Below are positions 7,103 to 17,141 of a stretch of DNA of 45,611 nt, in pieces. The translations under genes and the position numbers were made by a program. The DNA lies in IMG/VR virus record IMGVR_UViG_3300037991_002113, positions 1 through 45,611 of that record. One strand, written 5' to 3'. Below the pieces are notes generated by a model. It was not told the origin of the DNA. It saw only the letters and a list, made by a program, of their open reading frames with translations, and did not search any database. The stretch comes from a virus (lineage: Duplodnaviria; Caudoviricetes). Position 1 is the stretch's first letter; each line of letters starts with the position of its first letter.

Positions 7103-8856
7103 TGGGTCCAACACTAGGTGTAAGTGAAGAGATTCACGCAATGAAATACCGTGGAGAAGGAGAGACCTTCAAGGAAGCTATGGCACGGGTAGCTGATGGT
7201 CTCAAAGACAACGATGAACACTTTAACTTACTTCGGGACATCCTCAGTGATATGCGGTTCCTTCCTGCTGGCAGGGTACAGTCCGCTATTGGTGCTCCTC
7301 GTGTGGTTACTCCATACAATTGTTTCGTGTCAGGTACAATAGGAGATGACTTCGATGACATTATGGACAAAGCTAAAGAAGCTGGTATCACAATGCGATT
7401 GGGAGGAGGTATTGGCTATGACTTCAGCACTCTACGTCCTCGGGGTTCTAACATCAGCAGCCTTGATTCTCGTAGCAGTGGTCCTGTTTCCTTCATGGGG
7501 ATTTACGACGCTCTGTGTAAAACTATTAGCTCTGCTGGCCACCGCCGTGGTGCACAGATGGGTGTACTGCGGGTAGATCATCCAGACATCGAAGAGTTCA
7601 TAGGGGCTAAGACTAACCATGACAACCTGACTCAGTTCAATATCTCAGTTGGTATCACAGATGCTTTCATGACAGCCGTTAAGAATGACGAGATGTTTGA
7701 TCTAGTGTTCGAGGGTCGTACCTATAAGACTGTCAAGGCTACAGCCCTATGGGATAAAATCCTGCGTAACACTTGGGACTGGGCAGAACCGGGGGTGCTC
7801 TTCCTTGACACCATGAACAAGAAGAATAACCTAGGCTACTGTGAAACTATTGCAGCTACCAATCCCTGTGGTGAACAGCCCCTGCCTCCCCATGGTGCAT
7901 GTCTCCTAGGTTCCTTTAACCTTACTAAGTATGTCAAGGAGAATACTCCTGATATCGTAGAGGTGACAGGACTTAAGTACTTCTTCGACTACGAACAGTT
8001 CAAGCATGACATCCCTCATGTAGTACGTGCCATGGACAACGTAGTAGATCGTGCTGTGTACCCTCTGCCCCAACAAGAAGAAGAGGCTAAGAACAAGCGA
8101 CGTATGGGCTTAGGTCTAACTGGTGTAGCTAATGCGATTGAAGCCTTAGGGTTCCCCTATGGATCAGATGGATTCCTCAATGAACTAGAGAACATCATGA
8201 CGATCCTACGAGATAGCTGTTATCGTAGCTCAATCTCCTTGGCTATAGAGAAAGGGCCATTCCCTGCCTTTGATGTAGCTCACTGGGGCGGTACGTTTGC
8301 CGAGACCCTGCCAGAGGATATCTTGGAACTCATTGGTCAGTACGGTATTCGTAACTCTCACCTCTTGTCTATCGCTCCTACAGGTACTATCAGTCTCAGT
8401 GCAGACAATGTAAGCTCAGGTATTGAGCCAGTGTTCTCTCACTACTACGACCGTACTATCCAGACCTATGATGGCCCTAAGGTAGAACGGGTAGAGGACT
8501 ACGGTTACCGTGTGTTTGGTGTCAAAGGTGTCACAGCCAATGAACTTTCTGTCTTCGATCACGTTAAAGTCTTGACAGTAGCATCTAAGTATGTAGACTC
8601 AGCATGTTCTAAGACCTGTAACACTGGTGATGAAGTGACATGGGAGGAGTTCAAGGAGGTTTACATGCAAGCCTATGAAGGTGGGTGCTCAGGGTGTACT
8701 ACATTCCGTGCTTCAGGCAAACGATATGGTATCCTTAATGCTGCTAGTGCTGAGGATGTAGCTGAAGAACCTAAAGTAGAGGAGAACAAAGACTATGTGG
8801 ATGAAGGCGCAGCTTGTTACTACGATCCGGTTACCGGACAAAAGGAGTGCGGATGA
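7102..8856 (+). CDS. nrdJ: class II (adenosylcobalamin-dependent) ribonucleotide reductase
   Basis: FLPAGR, YNCF, TNPCGEQ, IAPTGTIS, C-terminal Cys pair; no NrdB subunit gene in the genome. Confidence 0.9.
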   Translation: MGPTLGVSEEIHAMKYRGEGETFKEAMARVADGLKDNDEHFNLLRDILSDMRFLPAGRVQSAIGAPRVVTPYNCFVSGTIGDDFDDIMDKAKEAGITMRLGGGIGYDFSTLRPRGSNISSLDSRSSGPVSFMGIYDALCKTISSAGHRRGAQMGVLRVDHPDIEEFIGAKTNHDNLTQFNISVGITDAFMTAVKNDEMFDLVFEGRTYKTVKATALWDKILRNTWDWAEPGVLFLDTMNKKNNLGYCETIAATNPCGEQPLPPHGACLLGSFNLTKYVKENTPDIVEVTGLKYFFDYEQFKHDIPHVVRAMDNVVDRAVYPLPQQEEEAKNKRRMGLGLTGVANAIEALGFPYGSDGFLNELENIMTILRDSCYRSSISLAIEKGPFPAFDVAHWGGTFAETLPEDILELIGQYGIRNSHLLSIAPTGTISLSADNVSSGIEPVFSHYYDRTIQTYDGPKVERVEDYGYRVFGVKGVTANELSVFDHVKVLTVASKYVDSACSKTCNTGDEVTWEEFKEVYMQAYEGGCSGCTTFRASGKRYGILNAASAEDVAEEPKVEENKDYVDEGAACYYDPVTGQKECG

Positions 8857-9215
8857 CTGAGTTGGGCACCCTGAGTGACCGTTGGTGGTGCAAAACATGC
8901 AGCCGGTATGCGGAGGTGGGCCGTAACTGCAATACGTGTGGGTCAACCAAGGGCTACCTCTCTGAGCGGCCAGCGCCTGAGCAGCCCACCGGCTATCCCG
9001 ATGACAACGTAGACCACCCTATGCATTATGGTCAAGGCGAGATTGAGTGCATTGACTACATCGAGGACTTCCTAAGTAAAGAGGAGTTCATCGGGTATCT
9101 CCGAGGTAACATCGCTAAATACATGCACCGATGGCGATATAAGAATGGAGTAGAAGACCTTAAGAAAGCTAATTGGTACCTAGCTAAACTAATTGAAGTA
9201 AACGAAAGGAAGTAA
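8853..9215 (+). CDS. DUF3310 / T7 gp1.7-like nucleotide kinase with N-terminal Zn ribbon
   Basis: CxxC...CxxC then DNVDHPMHY...IECID...GNIAKY..R...KNG.EDLKKA.WYL; ATG 8853 couples to the nrdJ stop. Confidence 0.8.
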   Translation: MTELGTLSDRWWCKTCSRYAEVGRNCNTCGSTKGYLSERPAPEQPTGYPDDNVDHPMHYGQGEIECIDYIEDFLSKEEFIGYLRGNIAKYMHRWRYKNGVEDLKKANWYLAKLIEVNERK

Positions 9216-9218
9216 CAA

Positions 9219-9383
9219 ATGACATATGATGACGTAAGCCTAAAGATCACAGTCCTATCTATGTACTCAGACCAAGAAGACAGCCTAGAGAAAGCTAAAG
9301 CAGCCTTTGAGTGGGTCATGGAAGAACTTGAGGTTATTAAGCCTGAAGGAGCTACGGTAACTAAACTGGAGCCAGTACAATGA
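9219..9383 (+). CDS. hypothetical protein (54 aa, not in ORF track)
   Basis: MTYDDVSLKITV...LEPVQ, AAGGA SD, ATGA overlap with next ORF. Confidence 0.65.
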   Translation: MTYDDVSLKITVLSMYSDQEDSLEKAKAAFEWVMEELEVIKPEGATVTKLEPVQ

Positions 9384-9607
9384 TTAACACAATAGTCTTT
9401 GGATTCTATATTCTCTGTGGTCAAGACGGTATCTGTACCAGTGCCGGTGCTCTCTTCGAAGATATGAAGACATGTGAGTCAGCCAATGTACAGGTTCTTG
9501 ATGCTGTTCTCCAAGTCAACAAGCAGCGTCCAACAGACAACCAATGGGAGTTAGTAGAGTGGCAGTGCATCGAGTACGACAAGCCTGCCAAGAAACCTAA
9601 CCTCTGA
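9380..9607 (+). CDS. hypothetical Cys-containing protein, hydrophobic N-terminus
   Basis: 75 aa, last ORF before the terminator. Confidence 0.65.
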   Translation: MINTIVFGFYILCGQDGICTSAGALFEDMKTCESANVQVLDAVLQVNKQRPTDNQWELVEWQCIEYDKPAKKPNL

Positions 9608-9613
9608 CCAAAC

Positions 9614-9655
9614 AAAAGTAAAGCCCCTTAGGAATTAACCTAGGGGGCTTCTTTG
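9614..9655. terminator. bidirectional intrinsic terminator between the two arms
   Basis: 12-bp stem AAGCCCCTTAGG / CCTAGGGGGCTT (9621-9650), A-rich left flank, T-rich right flank, between convergent genes. Confidence 0.9.
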
Positions 9656-9677
9656 TGTCTTAAGCTATGTGTAGGTA

Positions 9678-11324
9678 TTACATCTCAGTGAAGTAGGTAC
9701 CACTTACCCTGATTTCAGTAGTGTTGTCGAAGTCAGCGTCAGTGATACGTTGGTTCAGGTTGTCTGAGGCGTTCTTATGGTATAGTTCCAACTCACCTGA
9801 TGGATTAATGATACCCCCTTCAGCAGCCTGTGTCGAGGCTCCAGTCGAGTAAGAGATATTGAAGGCAAAGTCAGCGCCTGAGACAGGGGCAGGGAGACCT
9901 AGGGTAATGTTAGCGTTCCCTGTGCTGGTCCCTTTAGAGGACAACTGGATATCAGCCCAGAAGGTAACCTTAAGACCATCTTGGACGTAGCCCCCATCAC
10001 GACGAGAGTAGGTAACACCAGTGCTGCCTCCACCGAACTCAAGAGATGGCTCTAAAGATTCATAGATATCTGAACCTTCGATAGTCCCAGCCCCTGCTCC
10101 CTTGACGTAGCGTACATCAGGAGAGCCTGAATAGGAAGAGAACTTATTCCCTGTCACCATATTACCAGTACCAGTGGAGGAGTTGGCAATAGCAATACCA
10201 TTAGCACCGAACTCTGAGCCTGTTACCAGAACATGGCTAGTGGTCCCGTCTAGGTGCACATGTCGGGTACAGTCAGTGTTGTTAGTATAGTGTCCACCCT
10301 CAGGTACACGGACAGATACAGTAGCGCTATGGCAATCGTAGAGGCGACAGAAGGCTGCACCAGCGTAGTCAAAGTTCCCTGACCCAATAGTAGTGTAGAG
10401 CAAGGGGTCTTGGATGGAGAACTGCCTACGGTTCTCAATGTTGATGGCGTACCGATGACCATTATAGTGACCACCTACGATAGCTCCACCGGGTTCTTTA
10501 AGGGCTGCTGCCTGTTCACCTGCCGAACTATGGCGGATAGTCAAGGCATCTTTACCGCCCTCTCCATAGCACTGGGTGACAGCAAAGTCTTCGTAACCAA
10601 ACCCCGGTTCAGCACCATCTTCATCAATACGGATGTTGTTCTGGAACCTACCACGAGAACGACACTGGACCATGTCAAGCTGGAAACAGTTCCAGAATGC
10701 GATACCATCTCCAGTCTCATAGTTAGTGTCAGCATCTGTACCAGTGTGACGAGTATCAGCAAAGAGCTTAGAGACACGAGGGAACCAAAAGCCATTTACT
10801 TTGATAGCATCATCCCAACGCCCTTGGCTAGCAGGAATAGCAGCAGCTACAAAGACATTGTTCATGGTCAGTTCAGGGACATCTGTGGTACCCCACCCAG
10901 CATCCCCCGGTTGTAGGGCACTGTAAAGTTCCAGTCCTGTACCTCCTGTCACAGACCCAGAGGCGGTATGCTCAGACAGGATATGGAGATTCTCTACTGT
11001 CATACGTAGGAAGTTATCCTGCTTCTCTATACGGATACCTCCGTCAGTGTTAGACTCAGGTACTAAGAGCCTAGCCCCTGCCCCATCTAAGTGGAAGGTC
11101 TTCACTGGGCTTCCTACAGTGGCTAAGGTAGCATCCACCTTAGAACTCAGGTAGTAGTTACCGTGGGGAATAACAACCTTACGGCACCCATCAGCCACCG
11201 CAGCTTCTATAGCATCCTCAAGAAAGGCAGAGATGTCCTGCCCCTCCTGAACATTGCCAAAGTTGAGTACGTTGTATTCCTCTTTACTGATGTTACGAAC
11301 ACCAAAGGTTGTTTTAGTTGTCAT
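9678..11324 (-). CDS. tail spike / beta-helix (pectin-lyase-like) receptor-binding protein
   Basis: YNVLNFG...DISAFLEDAI...VIPHGNYYL entry motif typical of phage beta-helix spikes. Confidence 0.75.
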   Translation of the reverse strand: MTTKTTFGVRNISKEEYNVLNFGNVQEGQDISAFLEDAIEAAVADGCRKVVIPHGNYYLSSKVDATLATVGSPVKTFHLDGAGARLLVPESNTDGGIRIEKQDNFLRMTVENLHILSEHTASGSVTGGTGLELYSALQPGDAGWGTTDVPELTMNNVFVAAAIPASQGRWDDAIKVNGFWFPRVSKLFADTRHTGTDADTNYETGDGIAFWNCFQLDMVQCRSRGRFQNNIRIDEDGAEPGFGYEDFAVTQCYGEGGKDALTIRHSSAGEQAAALKEPGGAIVGGHYNGHRYAINIENRRQFSIQDPLLYTTIGSGNFDYAGAAFCRLYDCHSATVSVRVPEGGHYTNNTDCTRHVHLDGTTSHVLVTGSEFGANGIAIANSSTGTGNMVTGNKFSSYSGSPDVRYVKGAGAGTIEGSDIYESLEPSLEFGGGSTGVTYSRRDGGYVQDGLKVTFWADIQLSSKGTSTGNANITLGLPAPVSGADFAFNISYSTGASTQAAEGGIINPSGELELYHKNASDNLNQRITDADFDNTTEIRVSGTYFTEM

Positions 11325-11333
11325 ATCCTAGCC

Positions 11334-13472
11334 TCACTTCTCTAGGGAAACTGTGAAAGTATTGATAGCGACACTATCGGCTGCATTACCTAGCTGGATG
11401 TACAGACCAAGTACGACATCTGAGTTAAAGTCCTGCCCTTCGTTACGGTGGAGAGCAGCAGCAGAGGTGTTAACGATAGCCATACCGGACATACGTTGGG
11501 AGGTTAGACTATTCATCTCAACAGTTGCCTCAATTCGGAACTCTCCAGCATCCCCTGCGACAAAGGTAGGGAAGTTACGTTGGGTAGCTCCTCCAAGCTT
11601 AAGACCAAACCTCTTAGTCCCTGCTGTCCCAGTAATAGACCCTGCGATCTCAATACGGAGTTTATCTGTCTTACGGATAACACCCCCTTTGATTGTTGCA
11701 GAGTCTACTAGGTCGTTGGTTGTAGAGCCTGTCTGAGTAGTCGTTCCGTTGTTCTCGTATAGATGGCTATCCCTGTCCAAGGAACTGGCCCCGTTCAATA
11801 CGACATCATCCCCAGACATGTTACGTCCACGGTTGTCCCAGTACTCGTTGAAGTCAGCCTCCCCAGAGTCCTCTATGACTACGCTGGATACACCATCTGC
11901 TGTGTTGTTAAAGACCTTAGTGTACTGAGCGTCGTTAGTGCCATCACTGTCCAAACGTACAGCAGGGGAGGAGGCTGTCACACCTGTGTTTAAGTCTACA
12001 ATCCGGTTGGAACTGGCCTCACTTTTTTGAGTCCCCTCCATTCTTACACAGGAGTTGTTGTTGCTGAAGACAGTCGTAGGAACTACACCACCTTCCAACA
12101 GATGTCCATGCTGATAGGATTGGTTACCCACACACTTGATGGCATTACCTCCAGTCGCTCGGGCTACAATCCAAGCACCAGCCTTACTGATGTTGTGTGC
12201 TAGAAGTACGTTGTCTCCTGTGGTAGTTACGTCAACAGAGCTTACTACATTAGCTGTGTTAATACCAATGTTGTGAGCCAGTACGACATTAGAGGCAAGT
12301 CTCTTGGTGGTGGCCCCAAACATACAGCCTACAAAAGTATTATAGGTGGCTACCATAGAACTGTTTGGGATAGCACCTGATGTCAAGCCGGAAAGGTAGA
12401 TACCTTGGTCCCTTGCCCCAGTGAATTTACAGTAGGATACATCGACAGTAACAGAACCACCTACAAAGATACAGCTATCTCCACCAGCACTCTCCCAATG
12501 ACCAGTACTGGAGGCTACACCTACGATGTCTCGTAGAGTTACTTTGTTAAACCCAGCGGTAGGTGTTCCACCGATACTAACCTCACCTCGGATAGAGAGA
12601 GCCTCTGCGGTAGAAGTCGTACCGGGGTTAGCACCGGGGTAGTTAGCTGAGAAAGGGATGACTGTGCTGTTCTTCTGGTTTGTCTGGTCGAAGAACCCAC
12701 CTCTTACGAAGATGTTGACAAGAGTTCCTCCGCCCACAGTGGTACTGTCAGCGTTAATCCTGATCATGTCGTTGTCTAGGTCGGTGACAGAGATAAACTT
12801 ACACCCCGGCATCAACTCTGCGTGCATATCTTTAGTGAGGGTTGCTACTACCCCACCCACGAGATAGTTACCAGTAGGTCCAAACATTTGGCCACCAGCT
12901 TCAATCCAAGCTTTGATAGCCACACTGTCATCAGTCACACCATCACCTACTGCACCAAAGTCTTGGGGCGTTGAAGGCAGGTAAGTCAGATCAGGGATTA
13001 CCTCAAATTCATTGAAGAGGATGACCTCGATGAGCGCCCCATCATGAGGAGCTTCAGTGAAGATAAGGCTGTTACCTGAGAGTGTCCACTCACTAATGAA
13101 CTGGTCTACCCCATCGATACGAGGAACTACAGAACCTTGTCCAGCAGGAGTACGGGTCAAAGTAAATGTGGTTGTAGTTCCATCCCCAGTGAAGGAGTTC
13201 CTGATCATAGCTACTGTACCAGCGTCAATGCCAGTAAGGTTCTCTAGGATGTTGACACCCTTGACAACTAGGTCCCCACTAAACGTACCATCCTTGGCGT
13301 TAAGGATGTCGTTAGAGTCCATGTCGAGATCAGCTTCCATGTTGTTTGGAGTGCTGCCATCCCGTGACAAGGTGTTCTCAAACTTATCGTTGAGGGCAAT
13401 GAAGTTGTTGTTTAAAGTGCCGTTAGACTGGTACCCCGGAGATACGTCAGTCAGTGTCGCTTTCTTGGCCAT
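11334..13472 (-). CDS. tail fibre/spike with N-terminal anchor and beta-helix domain
   Basis: N-terminal LSRDGSTPNNMEADLDM anchor, FTGDGTTTTFTL, PQDFGAVGDGVTDDS. Confidence 0.85.
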   Translation of the reverse strand: MAKKATLTDVSPGYQSNGTLNNNFIALNDKFENTLSRDGSTPNNMEADLDMDSNDILNAKDGTFSGDLVVKGVNILENLTGIDAGTVAMIRNSFTGDGTTTTFTLTRTPAGQGSVVPRIDGVDQFISEWTLSGNSLIFTEAPHDGALIEVILFNEFEVIPDLTYLPSTPQDFGAVGDGVTDDSVAIKAWIEAGGQMFGPTGNYLVGGVVATLTKDMHAELMPGCKFISVTDLDNDMIRINADSTTVGGGTLVNIFVRGGFFDQTNQKNSTVIPFSANYPGANPGTTSTAEALSIRGEVSIGGTPTAGFNKVTLRDIVGVASSTGHWESAGGDSCIFVGGSVTVDVSYCKFTGARDQGIYLSGLTSGAIPNSSMVATYNTFVGCMFGATTKRLASNVVLAHNIGINTANVVSSVDVTTTGDNVLLAHNISKAGAWIVARATGGNAIKCVGNQSYQHGHLLEGGVVPTTVFSNNNSCVRMEGTQKSEASSNRIVDLNTGVTASSPAVRLDSDGTNDAQYTKVFNNTADGVSSVVIEDSGEADFNEYWDNRGRNMSGDDVVLNGASSLDRDSHLYENNGTTTQTGSTTNDLVDSATIKGGVIRKTDKLRIEIAGSITGTAGTKRFGLKLGGATQRNFPTFVAGDAGEFRIEATVEMNSLTSQRMSGMAIVNTSAAALHRNEGQDFNSDVVLGLYIQLGNAADSVAINTFTVSLEK

Positions 13473-13840
13473 AGTGATCTGATTCCTCTTGCTATCTCAC
13501 TAGGTGATGGAGCCAACCAACCAACGATTAGGAGGATTAGCATCAGTGGAGAGACATAAGTGTTATTGGTTGTCTCGTTGCTTTGGTCCACAGTTTCTAC
13601 CTTAGCATTAGGTCTGACTGTAACTGTTGGGGACACTGTGGTTTGACTACCTAGGGTTTGGTTATTAGTCTTCCCCGCTTGTACATTGGCTGCTACGTTA
13701 GGTCCTCCCCCTGTCAGGAGACTCAGTGGACCTTTGCTGCACCCACTTATCAAGAACAGGCTGCTTAAAACCAAAAGAAAACAAAGCGAACGCAGTGAAA
13801 GGAGGGGTGAGGATACGTAGTTCTTCAGTCTTTCCCTCAT
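13451..13840 (-). CDS. unimolecular spanin (T1 gp11-like)
   Basis: Lipobox LISGC, beta-rich middle, C-terminal TM LMLILLIVGWL then basic tail; exact start uncertain. Confidence 0.75.
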   Translation of the reverse strand: MRERLKNYVSSPLLSLRSLCFLLVLSSLFLISGCSKGPLSLLTGGGPNVAANVQAGKTNNQTLGSQTTVSPTVTVRPNAKVETVDQSNETTNNTYVSPLMLILLIVGWLAPSPSEIARGIRSLWPRKRH

Positions 13841-13910
13841 ATGATAAATACCCTAACCAAACGAAGAGACATAGCGCTAACTCCCTACTGTAAGTTTTTG
13901 AGCGTTGCAT
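13698..13910 (-). CDS. putative holin
   Basis: 70 aa, two hydrophobic segments, charged C-terminus, in the lysis cassette. Confidence 0.5.
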   Translation of the reverse strand: MQRSKTYSRELALCLFVWLGYLSYEGKTEELRILTPPFTAFALFSFGFKQPVLDKWVQQRSTESPDRGRT

Positions 13911-14235
13911 TAATACTCTCCAGTGTGTTGCTAATATACCTCAGGTTCTCTTCGATCCTACCAATCTTTACATCTGTGTCGTGTACCCTAACCTCAAGGA
14001 TTGATAAGTCTCTTACGACATCCTTGAGAGCATCTCTGGTTGCTGCGACATCTGATACAGCAGACCTCTCTACGGCCCTGATAAGTTCTCTGTTGCTCTC
14101 AATGTCTGAGGACATAGATGAGATAGTCCAGATACCTACGCCAGCCTGTATGAGAAGACCTACTATCAAAGAGATAGGGATACTCTTAGAGAGGTGCCAA
14201 GATTCTTTATGTAGTTCGTCTCCATTAGGCATCAT
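13885..14235 (-). CDS. membrane-anchored coiled-coil protein of the lysis cassette
   Basis: One TM (IPISLIVGLLIQAGVGIW) plus heptad tail; start likely MMPNG at 14235/14232. Confidence 0.65.
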   Translation of the reverse strand: MMPNGDELHKESWHLSKSIPISLIVGLLIQAGVGIWTISSMSSDIESNRELIRAVERSAVSDVAATRDALKDVVRDLSILEVRVHDTDVKIGRIEENLRYISNTLESINATLKNLQ

Positions 14236-14614
14236 ACTCTTTCCAAGGGAGTTGGAAGTGAGGGCCATCTTTGAAAGATTTCCAGTCTCCTCCCCATTCA
14301 ATAGGTACGTCTAGTTCCTTAGCTGCTTCCTTCATGGCGTCTGCCATCGGGTAGTAGTAATCCCAGTCCCATGACACTGCCCCTTCCACATATGGAGCTA
14401 TGTCCACAGCATGTCCTGTAAGATGACGAGAGTTCATTGTCTTAGAGGCACCAGACCTGTAGAGTTGCTTCTGACGTTCCTTGCTACGAAGACCCTCTAG
14501 GACAGTAAAGTCTTGCTCAGTAATCTCAATGGCTCTTTCAACAACAGCCACTAGGTCAGGGTGAACACCTTTGAGACGTTCTTTACTTCGGTTACTTAAT
14601 CGGTAATTACTCAT
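14225..14614 (-). CDS. endolysin, M15 family (L-Ala-D-Glu) peptidase
   Basis: EGLRSKERQ, SRHLTGHAVD, WGGDW..FKDGPHFQL. Confidence 0.92.
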   Translation of the reverse strand: MSNYRLSNRSKERLKGVHPDLVAVVERAIEITEQDFTVLEGLRSKERQKQLYRSGASKTMNSRHLTGHAVDIAPYVEGAVSWDWDYYYPMADAMKEAAKELDVPIEWGGDWKSFKDGPHFQLPWKEYDA

Positions 14615-17141
14615 CTGCTAAATCTCCTAGGTCTAGTTCACCATTCTGGATCATGCGGATAACCTCTTCCTCAGTTCCACCAAGCACACGCATCAGCATT
14701 AACTTAGTCTGTGTCTGAAGAGCATCCCACTGTGCCTGTGCAGCCTGTTGAGCAGCCTCAGGGGATGCCTGAGGAGTCTCTTGGGGGGTAGCCCCACCAT
14801 CCTCACGGATACCATTCTCAATGATCTCTAGCTGCTGTGAAGTTGCTGTGTCAGAGACTTGGATAGCCTCAGGTTCAGGTAGGCTTACATCTACATCAGG
14901 GCGTAGCTGAGGACGAGGAGAGAACTCGGAGATAGCTGGACGAGGGGCGGTAGCTTCACCACGAATGATAGCAGCTTCACGGTTACGACGACCACGGTTG
15001 ATGCCCTCATTGTCGTCCCCTAGCCCTTCAACAGCCTGAGCAATAGCCTCAGTATCTCCACTACGAATAGAGTCCATGAGACGATCAGGGATACTCCCAT
15101 AGTTATAGGCGATAGAGGTCAGAGCAGCAGTGACGTTACCGGGAAGATTGTCCCAAGTTTCTTGACCCACTTTACGACGAGCAGCATTCATGAACTCTTG
15201 GGTACGTCGAGCTAGGTCACGTCGAGCATCCTCACGTGTAACCTTAGTATCCTCAGTTACTGTCTCAATAGTCCCATCTGCACGGGTCACAGTGTCAGAA
15301 CCAAAGCCTGTGCGGAAGGCATTAACATCCCAGTATGCTCCTTCACGGAACCCTTCGAAGCTGGCAATAAGATCAGTAGGGGCGATAGAAGTATCAATTA
15401 GTTGGTCCTGTCCAGCGCCGCCTTGGGTCTCAGCTACCCCAGCACCACCAGTAGTGATACCGTCTAGGAACTGATTGATCTCATCTACACTGGAGCGGCC
15501 ACCAGTTGGGATAGCAAAGGACTCAGGGCGTTCATCAGGTAGTCCTAGAATCTTACGGCTAGCACGGTTGATAGTGTTGATGTTCTCAATGGCTTTGAGT
15601 GCAGCCTTAGCTTTAACCTCACCGGGCATAGCTGTAGTCTTACGCACACCATTAGATGTGAGGTACAGGACACCACCTACAGTCTCAGTATCAAGACCAT
15701 TAGAGGCTGCTAGGTTATTAGACAGAACCTCAATGTTCATACGTACCTGACCCGCTGAGAAGTCTAGGTATCTGGCACGTACCTGCTCTGAGAACTCATC
15801 TCCTACAGCTACAGCCTGAGATACGTTGTTAATTGCTGTAGGGTTGAAGATGTTAGCCAAGGCACTAGGAGCCAACAGGGCATTAGTTGCATCAAGCATA
15901 CGGTATTGCTGCTGAAGAAGCTTGGCGCTAGAACTATGGTCAGACATCTCAGCATTGGAGATAGCCTTGCCCGCAGTAGACACGATATCTTCTACAGTCA
16001 TCTGGCCGTCAGCTACACCTAGGCGGATACGGTCCTCAGTGTTCTGGTCAGCAACAGGGGATTGATCTTCGAATAGACGTAGACCACCCACAGCTTCCTG
16101 TCCCTTAAGACCTTTAAGGAATGTAGCAGTCTCCTCACTGAACACACCTGCCGCGATGGAGAACACCTGACGCTGGAACTCAGGTAAGACACCTACAGAG
16201 CCATACACCTCTACTGCCTGTTCAAGAGCGTTAGCTTCCTGAGCATTCCTGTAGGAGGTGAGGAGAGTCCCTACGTCCTTAGCCTGCCCCTCAACCTGAG
16301 CAATCAAGTTATCGATAGGCTTCAAGGCAGACGTAATGTTAGTCTCACCAGAGCCTGAGTATACAGACTGATGCAGACCAGCAGCTTGGGCCTCCCCTAC
16401 GTAGGTGTTGTACAGAGTAGTACGCTGGCGACGAAGGAAGGTCAGTTGCTCCTCCACTGTGTCTACACTAGGGTCACCTGAGACAGCCATAGAGACAAGG
16501 GCGTTCACCTGTTTAGTAGTCTTCTTGGTCCAGTTAGGGAGGAAGACAGAACCAATCTTGGTATCACTCTGAGCTTTCCAAGTCTTCAGATCATTCTCAA
16601 CCAACTGCATATCACGGTTGCTCTGTTCGATCTGAGCCTTATTGGCCAAGTCCTCTTGGTACGCTACAGTAAGGTTCTGTAGAGTAAGCTCCATGTCAAC
16701 CTGACCCGAGGCATCTACAACCTGAGACTCAATGACAGCCAGTTGTCCTTCAGTTGTATTCTGTGTCCATGTGGATACGTTATCAACGAGAGTGTCTTGA
16801 GGACTAAAGATATCACTAGGGGCTGTAACCCCGTAGTTCTCACCGATACCAGTAATCTCAGACTCGTACTGTGGGTAGTTGACGATAGCATTACGTGTCA
16901 ACTTACGCGCAGCCTGAAGGAACTGTTGGTCTGTTAGGTTAGAGTCTCGTAGCTCATCCAATCGCTCGGCGAAAGGACGTAGGGCTACAGCCTGACGGTC
17001 TGACTCAGAGGGTTGACGAGGCTTAGGCTGTGCAGCTAAGAACCCTGAAGCCAGTTGTGCTACCCCACCGACAACAGACGGAGTAGACACAGGCTGTTCA
17101 AACCCAATGTTGGAGTTGATAGTAGGATTAAGGGTTGCCAT
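14607..17141 (-). CDS. internal virion/ejection protein with lysozyme-like domain
   Basis: IASFEGFREGAYWD...GFG...ALTSIAYNYG...RRNREA resembles GH24 muramidases. Confidence 0.8.
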   Translation of the reverse strand: MATLNPTINSNIGFEQPVSTPSVVGGVAQLASGFLAAQPKPRQPSESDRQAVALRPFAERLDELRDSNLTDQQFLQAARKLTRNAIVNYPQYESEITGIGENYGVTAPSDIFSPQDTLVDNVSTWTQNTTEGQLAVIESQVVDASGQVDMELTLQNLTVAYQEDLANKAQIEQSNRDMQLVENDLKTWKAQSDTKIGSVFLPNWTKKTTKQVNALVSMAVSGDPSVDTVEEQLTFLRRQRTTLYNTYVGEAQAAGLHQSVYSGSGETNITSALKPIDNLIAQVEGQAKDVGTLLTSYRNAQEANALEQAVEVYGSVGVLPEFQRQVFSIAAGVFSEETATFLKGLKGQEAVGGLRLFEDQSPVADQNTEDRIRLGVADGQMTVEDIVSTAGKAISNAEMSDHSSSAKLLQQQYRMLDATNALLAPSALANIFNPTAINNVSQAVAVGDEFSEQVRARYLDFSAGQVRMNIEVLSNNLAASNGLDTETVGGVLYLTSNGVRKTTAMPGEVKAKAALKAIENINTINRASRKILGLPDERPESFAIPTGGRSSVDEINQFLDGITTGGAGVAETQGGAGQDQLIDTSIAPTDLIASFEGFREGAYWDVNAFRTGFGSDTVTRADGTIETVTEDTKVTREDARRDLARRTQEFMNAARRKVGQETWDNLPGNVTAALTSIAYNYGSIPDRLMDSIRSGDTEAIAQAVEGLGDDNEGINRGRRNREAAIIRGEATAPRPAISEFSPRPQLRPDVDVSLPEPEAIQVSDTATSQQLEIIENGIREDGGATPQETPQASPEAAQQAAQAQWDALQTQTKLMLMRVLGGTEEEVIRMIQNGELDLGDLADE

